Virus record (IMG/VR): IMGVR_UViG_3300045988_091484
Source of the DNA: a virus
Reading direction: 5' to 3' (one strand)
Length of the DNA stretch: 40,479 nucleotides
Part shown: in pieces, positions 34,304-40,479 of the stretch
Layout of the letters: every line of letters starts with the position of its first letter
Numbering within the stretch: the first letter of the stretch is position 1
Position numbers and translations under genes: made by a program
The notes under the pieces: generated by a model
Databases searched by the model: none
What the model was told of the DNA's origin: nothing
The model's input: the letters and a program-made list of their open reading frames with translations, nothing else

Positions 34304-35191
34304 ATGGCACGGTCAAATTTTAAAGTATTCGCTGAGGGGGCGGCTGATAAAGATGTACAATCCGACGTCGTCTATAATGCGGACACACAGCGCATATACG
34401 GTGTCGTCCCAGGCATTGCTGAACCGAAAATGCACAATAAATTGTATAAACAGGCGACCGTTATGGTAGCAGCGCTTGCACAGGTTATTGTGCAAGCAGG
34501 ATTCGATGCATTGGATTCCGATTATTCAGGGCTTGTATCAAACCTGAGAAAATCTTTTGCTGGTTCAGTTAACGGGGTTAAACCGGATGAATCAGGTAAT
34601 ATCGACCTGACAGAGGTTATTGAAGAAATCCGAAAGATGACCTATCCGCGTGTGGGCGATTTTATTATTACAAAAAATCCAGATAATCCATCTAAAAAAT
34701 ATAAAAATACAACCTGGGAGTTGCTCGAGTCCAAAACATTTATTATGAGTGCTGGCGATGATACTCCAGTTAATAGCAAAGGTGGTAGTAACACACATAT
34801 AAACACAGTACAAGAAATGCCTGAGCATGTTCATGACGCATCCTCTGCGTATGCCGGAGGGCACTCGCACTCGCGTGGAACTATGAACATAACCGGGACG
34901 CTGGCTCTTCCTACACATAACGGGAGATGGAACTCGTATATAACAGGAGCCTTTGACGCTGAACCAGGCGGATCTAATATCAAAAATATTGAAGGGGCAG
35001 ATTTTGACGAGCATAATAGGTGGCACGACATAGGGTTTGCTACATTTGACGCATCCAGAACCTGGTCTGGAGAGACTTCATCTATTGGAAATCATAATCA
35101 TACTGTATCTGTCAATTCTACAGGAAATGGCAAAGAATGGGATATTCGACCCAAATATATAGCTGCTTACATTTGGGTTCGTACTGCATAG
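34304..35191 (+). CDS. Tail fibre protein with HxH motifs
   Basis: Conserved fibre N-terminus (FAEGAADKDVQSDVVY...NKLYKQATVMVAALAQVIV). HVHDASSAYAGGHSHSRG and HNHTV. Confidence 0.6.
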   Translation: MARSNFKVFAEGAADKDVQSDVVYNADTQRIYGVVPGIAEPKMHNKLYKQATVMVAALAQVIVQAGFDALDSDYSGLVSNLRKSFAGSVNGVKPDESGNIDLTEVIEEIRKMTYPRVGDFIITKNPDNPSKKYKNTTWELLESKTFIMSAGDDTPVNSKGGSNTHINTVQEMPEHVHDASSAYAGGHSHSRGTMNITGTLALPTHNGRWNSYITGAFDAEPGGSNIKNIEGADFDEHNRWHDIGFATFDASRTWSGETSSIGNHNHTVSVNSTGNGKEWDIRPKYIAAYIWVRTA

Positions 35192-35205
35192 GAGGATAAA
35201 AGTAA

Positions 35206-36561
35206 ATGGCAACAAGTAATGCAAGAATTCAGTTTTCTACAGCTGATGAAGAAACGTGGAAATCAGTAAATCCAATGCTCCGAGAGGGAGAGCTTGTTAT
35301 TGCAAAAAAGCCATCAGGCAAATATAGACTATATGTTGGTGCTAAGGGGGGAAGCAAGTTTAAAGATTCAACTATCGTCTGGGATGAAGAATTAGCAAAT
35401 TCGCACGAAAAGAATGCAGCAATAAGTGCTGATGCCGCGATGACGAGCAAGGCTGCAGCAGCATCCAGCGCCAGTTATGCGGCGCAAAGCATGAATTCTG
35501 CCAAAGAGAGTGCCAGTGCGGCGGAACAAAGCATGAATTCTGCTGAAGCAAGTGCGGATCAAGCTGCCGAATATATGAATAATGCAATAAATAGTGCCAG
35601 TGCAGCTGCACAAAATAGTGCATCGGCAGCTTCAAGTGTGAAAAAGGTAGAACAAAGTATGAATTCTGCTAAAGAGAGTGCAGATAAAGCTGTAGCAGCA
35701 TCAAATAATGCTTCAAGTAGCGCTTCTTCAGCGGCAAATAGCGAATCTAATGCTATTGATGCAAAAAATAAAGCGACACAGAGCGCCTCTGAAGCCAAAT
35801 CATCTGAATTAAATGCAAAAGCGAGTGAGAAATCTGCCGCTAATTCTGCTGCGGCCTTATCTTATGCAACGCAAGAAGAGGTAAATTTTGGGATAGAGAG
35901 TAGAAAAATCGTTTCACCAAAAACTCTCGGAACATTGTTAAACTTATTACAAAGAAATACTTCTTATAAAGTCGGAGAAATCGTCTACTCTGCAAAAATG
36001 CCGTCATGGGCATATCTTGAATGCACGCAGGCAGGAACTACCGGCAATACCGAACCTAATTTGTCAACTGTGTCAGGATGGGGAGAAGTTAATGATGGCA
36101 GCGCGAAATTCAGAGTAGTAGACAAAAGAATGAAAGCAATGATAGATATACTTTATCCAGTCGGCATAGTCGTTACAACAGCAACGGACGACGCAAAAAA
36201 GCCGGGGGAAGCAGACGGGCTGGCGCAGTGGGAAGAAATCGCACAGGATAGAGTATTACAAGGTACATCAATCGGCGCGGGACAAACAATAGAAGCAGGA
36301 TTGCCGAACATTACCGGTAAAGTATGGCTCCGTCCGCTCGATAGCGGAGACGGAATCACATGGGATAAAGAAAACGGAGCATTTATAACAAAAGTAGTAG
36401 AAGATCCGAACGATTCAAGCGGCACAATTGCAAAAGGGAGTGGTGGGAAACCATTCGGGTCGATTAGTATTGACGCTTCAAAATCAAACAATATCTACGG
36501 GAACTCAAACACTGTACAGCCGCCGGCGTATAAAGTGCATTTCTGGAAACGTATCAAATGA
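35206..36561 (+). CDS. Tail fibre / receptor-binding protein with a repetitive Ala/Ser coiled-coil shaft
   Basis: N-terminus IQFSTADEETWKSVNPMLREGELVIAKK. Three QSMNSA(K/E)ESA repeats. Confidence 0.6.
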   Translation: MATSNARIQFSTADEETWKSVNPMLREGELVIAKKPSGKYRLYVGAKGGSKFKDSTIVWDEELANSHEKNAAISADAAMTSKAAAASSASYAAQSMNSAKESASAAEQSMNSAEASADQAAEYMNNAINSASAAAQNSASAASSVKKVEQSMNSAKESADKAVAASNNASSSASSAANSESNAIDAKNKATQSASEAKSSELNAKASEKSAANSAAALSYATQEEVNFGIESRKIVSPKTLGTLLNLLQRNTSYKVGEIVYSAKMPSWAYLECTQAGTTGNTEPNLSTVSGWGEVNDGSAKFRVVDKRMKAMIDILYPVGIVVTTATDDAKKPGEADGLAQWEEIAQDRVLQGTSIGAGQTIEAGLPNITGKVWLRPLDSGDGITWDKENGAFITKVVEDPNDSSGTIAKGSGGKPFGSISIDASKSNNIYGNSNTVQPPAYKVHFWKRIK

Positions 36562-36815
36562 GGCGGTGCACAATGGAAAGAAATGACGGAGAAAAAATAA
36601 CAATGCAATTTGTAGAACGAATGGCAAAGATGGAAGAGAAACTTGACATGCTCGTGAAAATGCTCCCCGAAATTACCGCACTGCAAATTGCACAGGCAAG
36701 GTCTGAACAAACCGCGGCATCGGCTCACAATAGAATTGATAATATCTATAAAGTAGCCGGTTTGATTTCCACCATTATCTCAGTGGTCATCGCATTAATC
36801 GGAAGGGCGGTGTGA
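36558..36815 (+). CDS. xhlA: XhlA-like lysis-associated membrane protein (start 36558 or 36573)
   Basis: Coiled-coil N-terminus (ERMAKMEEKLDMLVK) and a single C-terminal TM helix (VAGLISTIISVVIALIG). First gene after the fibres. Confidence 0.55.
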   Translation: MRRCTMERNDGEKITMQFVERMAKMEEKLDMLVKMLPEITALQIAQARSEQTAASAHNRIDNIYKVAGLISTIISVVIALIGRAV

Positions 36816-36816
36816 T

Positions 36817-37197
36817 ATGTTAAAAAAATTAAAATCACTCTGGAGAAAAGCCAAAAGCTACTTCCGGAAATTAAACGCACCGCTGCTATACTGGGCAACA
36901 CTCTATGCGGTTATCTGCATTTTCTGTATCTTTCTCTATATTCTAATGACCATTGCTGACTGGCTGATCACGGGAAAAGGAAATGAGCCGGAGCTAAGAC
37001 TTTTCATCACAATGCTTTTATCCGCGGGGGCAGTCGGTGGCATAGTCGGAATCGGTAAGATGTTTGTGGATAAAGACAACAATAAAATACCTGATGTATT
37101 CGAAAAGGACGATGGAAAACCACCGTTCTTTTTCGTGAAAGGAGAAAAAAGTGACGAAAGAAGAACTGGCAAGGGCGATAGCGACAGGGATAATTGA
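36817..37197 (+). CDS. Holin-like protein (two TM helices, charged C-terminal tail)
   Basis: LLYWATLYAVICIFCIFLYILMTIADWL and LFITMLLSAGAVGGIVGIG. K/D/E/R-rich tail. Confidence 0.55.
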   Translation: MLKKLKSLWRKAKSYFRKLNAPLLYWATLYAVICIFCIFLYILMTIADWLITGKGNEPELRLFITMLLSAGAVGGIVGIGKMFVDKDNNKIPDVFEKDDGKPPFFFVKGEKSDERRTGKGDSDRDN

Positions 37198-37717
37198 GAC
37201 GGGAATTGAAGGAGACTACGGCTCCGTTTCTTGCTCAACTGCAGGAGACTACCCATCGATTGGCTGCTCTCAATGGGAGGGCGAAAGGGCTAACCGTCTA
37301 TTAGAAAGCATTACCGGCGGAGCGCACTATGCTTACCGCAGCTACTCTGATTTGAGCTATTCCGGTGAACTCTGGGCGCTGAAAGAACTCTTGATGAGTG
37401 ATGAAGGACAGCAAGCGCAGCTCGATATGCTTGCCGAAGACTGTGAAGACTATGTAGAAACATTATGGGAAGTACCTGATCTTGATGATACAAAGTGCAC
37501 TATCTACGCAGGAATGTGGTGCCCGACATCTGAAACCGTGGTAAGAAATTTCTTAATGCGGAGACAAGAAAGAGGCTATGACCTGCGGGACATCAATGTA
37601 ATCTATGAACTTTTCAGAGAACAGTATGCAGATGCGGCATGCTGTGAAGAATACGCGGAAGGTTACGCAAATAGAGCCACCGCAACGTATGAATATGTAA
37701 TGAATCTGGAGGTATAA
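37151..37717 (+). CDS. Putative endolysin of a non-canonical (lysozyme/chitosanase-like?) type; GTG start
   Basis: AAAGGAGA RBS. Sits in the endolysin position. IIETGIEGDYGSV...GDYPSIGCSQWEG is weakly lysozyme-superfamily-like. No amidase or CHAP motifs seen. Confidence 0.35.
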   Translation: MTKEELARAIATGIIETGIEGDYGSVSCSTAGDYPSIGCSQWEGERANRLLESITGGAHYAYRSYSDLSYSGELWALKELLMSDEGQQAQLDMLAEDCEDYVETLWEVPDLDDTKCTIYAGMWCPTSETVVRNFLMRRQERGYDLRDINVIYELFREQYADAACCEEYAEGYANRATATYEYVMNLEV

Positions 37718-38140
37718 ATGTGGAAAATCAAAAAAGGGCTTATTTTATCGGCGGTATTGCTGTCGCTGTGGTTGTCGCCATTGCTGTCTGGTTCGCATGC
37801 GCAGGCAAGACAAGTATTCACGATTTACGATACGGAGCTGACGCAGTTAGAACAGAGCTTGACAACGCTCGAACAGCACAGCAAAGACAAGCAGATACTC
37901 TTAGACAAGCAGGCGAAGCAGCTGAGCGAGGCTCAAGAGCAATTGAAAATAGCGAACGAGCAAATCAGGAAATCTCAAGAATTGAACGAACGGACGCAGA
38001 ACTCATTAGAGAAAGCAAATCAATACTTGAAAGAGTACGAGAAAGAGGCGGAACGGAAAATCAAAATTAAAACAAGGCAAAGAAATATGTGGATTGTTAT
38101 CAGTGCAGTAGCCGTGGGAGCGGCCATCTCCCGGAGGTGA
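37718..38140 (+). CDS. Secreted/anchored coiled-coil protein (signal peptide, heptad region, C-terminal TM)
   Basis: GGAGG RBS. LILSAVLLSLWLSPLLSGSHA-QA, a long Q/E/K/L heptad region, then MWIVISAVAVGAAISRR. NCG/CAG/CTG-rich codons resemble those of the other phage genes. Confidence 0.55.
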   Translation: MWKIKKGLILSAVLLSLWLSPLLSGSHAQARQVFTIYDTELTQLEQSLTTLEQHSKDKQILLDKQAKQLSEAQEQLKIANEQIRKSQELNERTQNSLEKANQYLKEYEKEAERKIKIKTRQRNMWIVISAVAVGAAISRR

Positions 38141-38156
38141 TCCTAAATTTAATCTA

Positions 38157-38165
38157 TGGTATAAT
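38157..38165 (+). promoter_or_regulatory. Extended -10 element TGgTATAAT
   Basis: TG at 38157-38158 and TATAAT at 38160-38165. No good -35. Confidence 0.3.
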
Positions 38166-38204
38166 ATAATTAATTGAACCGTGGCGTATTGCACAAAGCG
38201 GACC

Positions 38205-38252
38205 AGAAAAAGAGTTCTGATGTGGAAATTGCATCAGGGCTCTTTTCTTTTT
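38205..38252 (+). terminator. Strong intrinsic terminator ending the late/lysis operon
   Basis: About 15-bp stem (38205-38222 / 38232-38248), 9-nt loop and a T-rich tail. Confidence 0.7.
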
Positions 38253-38264
38253 AAGGAGGATTAT

Positions 38265-38864
38265 ATGAGATGGTTTTTATATGCGCCGTTACAGTTAATC
38301 ATTATGATAATCTGCTATATTACCAATCCGATTGTGGTATTGTTTGCTGATGAAAACGGTGAGCTCCCCGGATTGTTTTGTCTTTGGCAAACGTGGGACG
38401 ATTCTTGTGACAGCGAAGATTGTGTGACAAAGTATGTTCCGGACTGGATGCGGTATGATTTCTATAAATATTACTGGACAGAAAAGCGATATGATCCGGA
38501 CTACGGACGAGTAATAAAACGGTCAATCAACATTGCACCGTTGCCGCTAATTGACAGATTTAAGCGGTATTGCTGCCGTGTGTTCTGGCTATCAAGAAAT
38601 TGTGCTTACGGTTTCGCTTTAACTCTGTTCGGAGCGACAATCAATCCGGATAATGTAGTAGTCATTGATGATTATAGAGCAGGAGAATCCGAAAGAAATA
38701 TACTTTTTACGCGGGATTTAAAATACTGGAAAATATATAATTCTATGCGAATTCTGAACACGAATTACCGATGGAAAATATATTTAGGATGGAAAATTCA
38801 TAACGTAAAAAGTATACATAGGGCGATGCTGGCATTTCGGGTATGGTTCTGTAAAGCAAATTAA
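38265..38864 (+). CDS. Membrane-anchored Trp/Tyr/Cys-rich hypothetical protein (moron)
   Basis: ATG 38265 follows AAGGAGG. N-terminal TM helix FLYAPLQLIIMIICYITNPIVVLF. Bracketed by terminators. Confidence 0.6.
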   Translation: MRWFLYAPLQLIIMIICYITNPIVVLFADENGELPGLFCLWQTWDDSCDSEDCVTKYVPDWMRYDFYKYYWTEKRYDPDYGRVIKRSINIAPLPLIDRFKRYCCRVFWLSRNCAYGFALTLFGATINPDNVVVIDDYRAGESERNILFTRDLKYWKIYNSMRILNTNYRWKIYLGWKIHNVKSIHRAMLAFRVWFCKAN

Positions 38865-38867
38865 AAC

Positions 38868-38893
38868 GGGGCGGGAAACCGCCCTCTTTTTTT
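38868..38893 (+). terminator. Intrinsic terminator
   Basis: GGGCGG (38869-38874) / CCGCCC (38879-38884), followed by TCTTTTTTTT. Confidence 0.75.
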
Positions 38894-38940
38894 ATTGCAC
38901 GGTATAAAGATAATTTATAATAAAACATCTTGAAAATGTA

Positions 38941-38969
38941 TTGACTAATCAAAGATGATATAGTAATAT
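38941..38969 (+). promoter_or_regulatory. Promoter TTGACT-17-TAATAT for the attR-proximal cassette
   Basis: TTGACT at 38941-38946 and TAATAT at 38964-38969. Confidence 0.5.
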
Positions 38970-39013
38970 ATAATCAAGAAAAGAAAAGTAGTAAAAACGA
39001 GGAGGCAAACAAA

Positions 39014-39214
39014 ATGATTAGAAACATCGGAATCGAAGAAGGCGGAAGAATTTTAACAGATGGAAACCGGACAATAAAATTTGAAAGGGTAGACCGCGGA
39101 TATGAAATGTACGAACTAAGCGGGAACAGATATACCCGCTGCGGAATTGCGAACGCAGACGAAGAAACATCAGATGCGGATTTGTGGGCAATCGCCACAG
39201 ATGATTTGTACTAA
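39014..39214 (+). CDS. Small acidic hypothetical protein
   Basis: 66 aa with an AGGAGG RBS. C-terminus ADEETSDADLWAIATDDLY. Confidence 0.55.
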   Translation: MIRNIGIEEGGRILTDGNRTIKFERVDRGYEMYELSGNRYTRCGIANADEETSDADLWAIATDDLY

Positions 39215-39232
39215 AAGAGAGGAGAAAGAAAA

Positions 39233-40105
39233 ATGAAAGTAAGAATGTATAGAAACTATGATAAATTCCCGTACGAAAGTGATCATCGCGGAAACTTTAA
39301 TGGAAGAATGATATTCACGTTCTTTCGTCCGATTAGCGAGGAGTTCGATTGTATACTGGTCGAGCTCCCGGAAGGATACAAACCATTACCGCTGGAAAAG
39401 TACGAACACTACAGCGGGTGGCAGATGGAGTTAGATCAGGTCGTAAAAAAAGAAGAAGACGGAATGTACAACACTCACGGATTAACTATGAGGTTTTTCG
39501 ATGAGAAAAACTGGGACTATGTAAACGTTCCAAAAGGGTGGCTCGATACTTATGCAAAGGAAGATACGGTGCCGGAACTTTGCGGTCGTGAAAATATACC
39601 GGTTAAATTCATCAGAATTGAATATTCAACGATAAAAGAACTTGCTGAAAAATTTAATTGTGAGTATGTAGAACCGATAGATGAATTTTATGCCAGCTTC
39701 CGGAAAAGAATAAATGAATACATAAGCGCTTATGAAAAATGGAAAGATGTGAAAGAAGATGTTAACCGCAGATCGATTACAACATTCGAAACTCTAAAAG
39801 AAAGAGTTGAACTCAAATCAAACTGGCACGAAAAAACATACATCGGAAATCCGGGCGATTATGTATTAAATGTAGGAGAGAAACGATATCTTATACTCGG
39901 AGTTATAGCTGCAGAAGACACATCACCGAGCAGCGAGCATATGTTTCTCAATGTACAATCTTTTAATCCGGACGACCGGGAAACTCGTTTACCCGCGGTA
40001 GGACTTCCGGAAAACACACCTGCGGAGATAATTGACATGATAGAAAAAGAATCTACACGCCGAGACGTATTAATAAGCAGTCATGGAGAGGAGGACTGGG
40101 GTTAA
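39233..40105 (+). CDS. 290-aa acidic hypothetical protein with no recognisable domain
   Basis: GAGGAG RBS. Long uninterrupted ORF in an AT-rich cargo region. Confidence 0.7.
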   Translation: MKVRMYRNYDKFPYESDHRGNFNGRMIFTFFRPISEEFDCILVELPEGYKPLPLEKYEHYSGWQMELDQVVKKEEDGMYNTHGLTMRFFDEKNWDYVNVPKGWLDTYAKEDTVPELCGRENIPVKFIRIEYSTIKELAEKFNCEYVEPIDEFYASFRKRINEYISAYEKWKDVKEDVNRRSITTFETLKERVELKSNWHEKTYIGNPGDYVLNVGEKRYLILGVIAAEDTSPSSEHMFLNVQSFNPDDRETRLPAVGLPENTPAEIIDMIEKESTRRDVLISSHGEEDWG

Positions 40106-40284
40106 TGATAGAAACAACAAAAAAATCCGCCCCCGGCTGGGGCGGGCACCGTAAAGGGTCCGGCGCTAAAAGAACACTGCCGCCGGGCGCCAGAACACGG
40201 TCTGTCAGGATGACCGACGAAGAATGTGAAAAGGTGAAAGACTTTTTGAAAAAATTGAGAGAAGGAAATGAAAACGGTAGATAA
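40105..40284 (+). CDS. 59-aa basic Gly-rich N-terminus plus ribbon-helix-helix-like small DNA-binding protein (below the ORF-track cutoff)
   Basis: TAATG overlap with the upstream stop. Sequence MIETTKKSAPGWGGHRKGSGAKRTLPPGARTRSVRMTDEECEKVKDFLKKLREGNENGR. Confidence 0.5.
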   Translation: MIETTKKSAPGWGGHRKGSGAKRTLPPGARTRSVRMTDEECEKVKDFLKKLREGNENGR

Positions 40285-40291
40285 AATAAAA

Positions 40292-40317
40292 AGAGCGATA
40301 TCACTATCGCTCTTTTT
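40292..40317 (+). terminator. Intrinsic terminator (perfect 9-bp stem)
   Basis: AGAGCGATA (40292-40300) / TATCGCTCT (40305-40313), followed by TTTT. Confidence 0.8.
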
Positions 40318-40321
40318 AATC

Positions 40322-40344
40322 TGCCCCCACTTCTGCCCCCACTT
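40322..40344 (+). repeat. Tandem TGCCCCCACTT x2 (candidate integrase arm-type sites, P arm)
   Basis: TGCCCCCACTT at 40322-40332 and 40334-40344. Same 11-mer and orientation as at 141-162. Confidence 0.6.
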
Positions 40345-40424
40345 TAAAAAAGTTTATAGCTATTTGCGGGTGTTTATAGATTGATTTTGTCAGATTTTAT
40401 CGAACAATTACGACTATATATCGA

Positions 40425-40479
40425 ATTGGAAATCATGTTGCCGGCGAATACCGGCACGGGGGTTCGAATCCCCCTCTCT
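40425..40479 (+). repeat. attR core (direct repeat copy 2; partial tRNA-Ser 3' half without a tRNA 5' half upstream)
   Basis: Identical to 1-55. The sequence just upstream (40380-40424) has no D arm or acceptor, so this is the duplicated fragment. Confidence 0.95.

Larger units (their letters stand above)
1..40479. mobile_element. Complete integrated temperate prophage (contractile-tail type) between attL and attR
   Basis: 55-bp perfect direct repeat at both window ends. Integrase lies next to the left repeat. Lysogeny, replication, packaging, head, tail and lysis modules occur in canonical order. Confidence 0.9.

Noticed and set aside
40053-40304. 83-aa minus-strand ORF at the right end
   Set aside because: It is antisense to the coupled 290-aa and 59-aa genes and runs through the terminator. 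It has no RBS.
1-40479. Transposable (Mu-like) phage lifestyle
   Set aside because: Despite Mu-like head and baseplate genes, there is no transposase or MuB-like ATPase. The ends are a tRNA-derived att duplication with a tyrosine integrase.

Overview
The window is a single complete ~40.4-kb temperate prophage. It is bounded by a 55-bp perfect direct repeat (1-55 and 40425-40479), which is the 3' half of a tRNA-Ser(GGA) gene (attL/attR). Gene content points to a low-GC Gram-positive (Firmicutes/Clostridia-like) host: XhlA-type lysis gene, PBSX-type terminase, YqaJ/RecT, and an ImmA/XRE lysogeny switch. Layout, left to right: (1) A minus-strand lysogeny arm from 210 to 4105 with tyrosine integrase, an unusual long MazF/PemK-fold protein, a TM2-domain membrane protein, an ImmA/IrrE protease and a dual-HTH XRE repressor. 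(2) A divergent promoter/operator region from 4127 to 4260. (3) A plus-strand early/replication module from 4285 to 12976: excisionase-type HTH, YqaJ exonuclease, RecT, replication initiator, DnaC-like loader, SSB, dUTPase, antirepressor, RusA and an ArpU/RinA-like late activator. (4) A ParB-domain/DNA methyltransferase fusion broken by a G8 homopolymer. (5) A packaging, head and contractile-tail module from 14447 to 36561: TerS, TerL, portal with an extra C-terminal domain, MuF, DUF2213-type scaffold, DUF2184-type capsid, sheath, tube, chaperone with a -1 frameshift site, tape measure with a CHAP-like domain, and a Mu/P2-like baseplate with PAAR tip and fibres. (6) A lysis cassette from 36558 to 38140. 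(7) Two independently promoted and terminated cargo units next to attR (38265-38864 and 39014-40284). No rRNA, CRISPR array or transposase was seen. The best candidates for undescribed biology are: the split MazF-fold gene with an adjacent promoter-to-terminator small-RNA unit next to int; the counter-transcribed Cas2-like gene inside the early operon; the poly-G-interrupted methyltransferase; the portal C-terminal effector-like domain with its neighbouring stop-interrupted ORF; and the autonomous three-gene cassette at attR. All functional calls come from motif recognition by eye. No database search was run.
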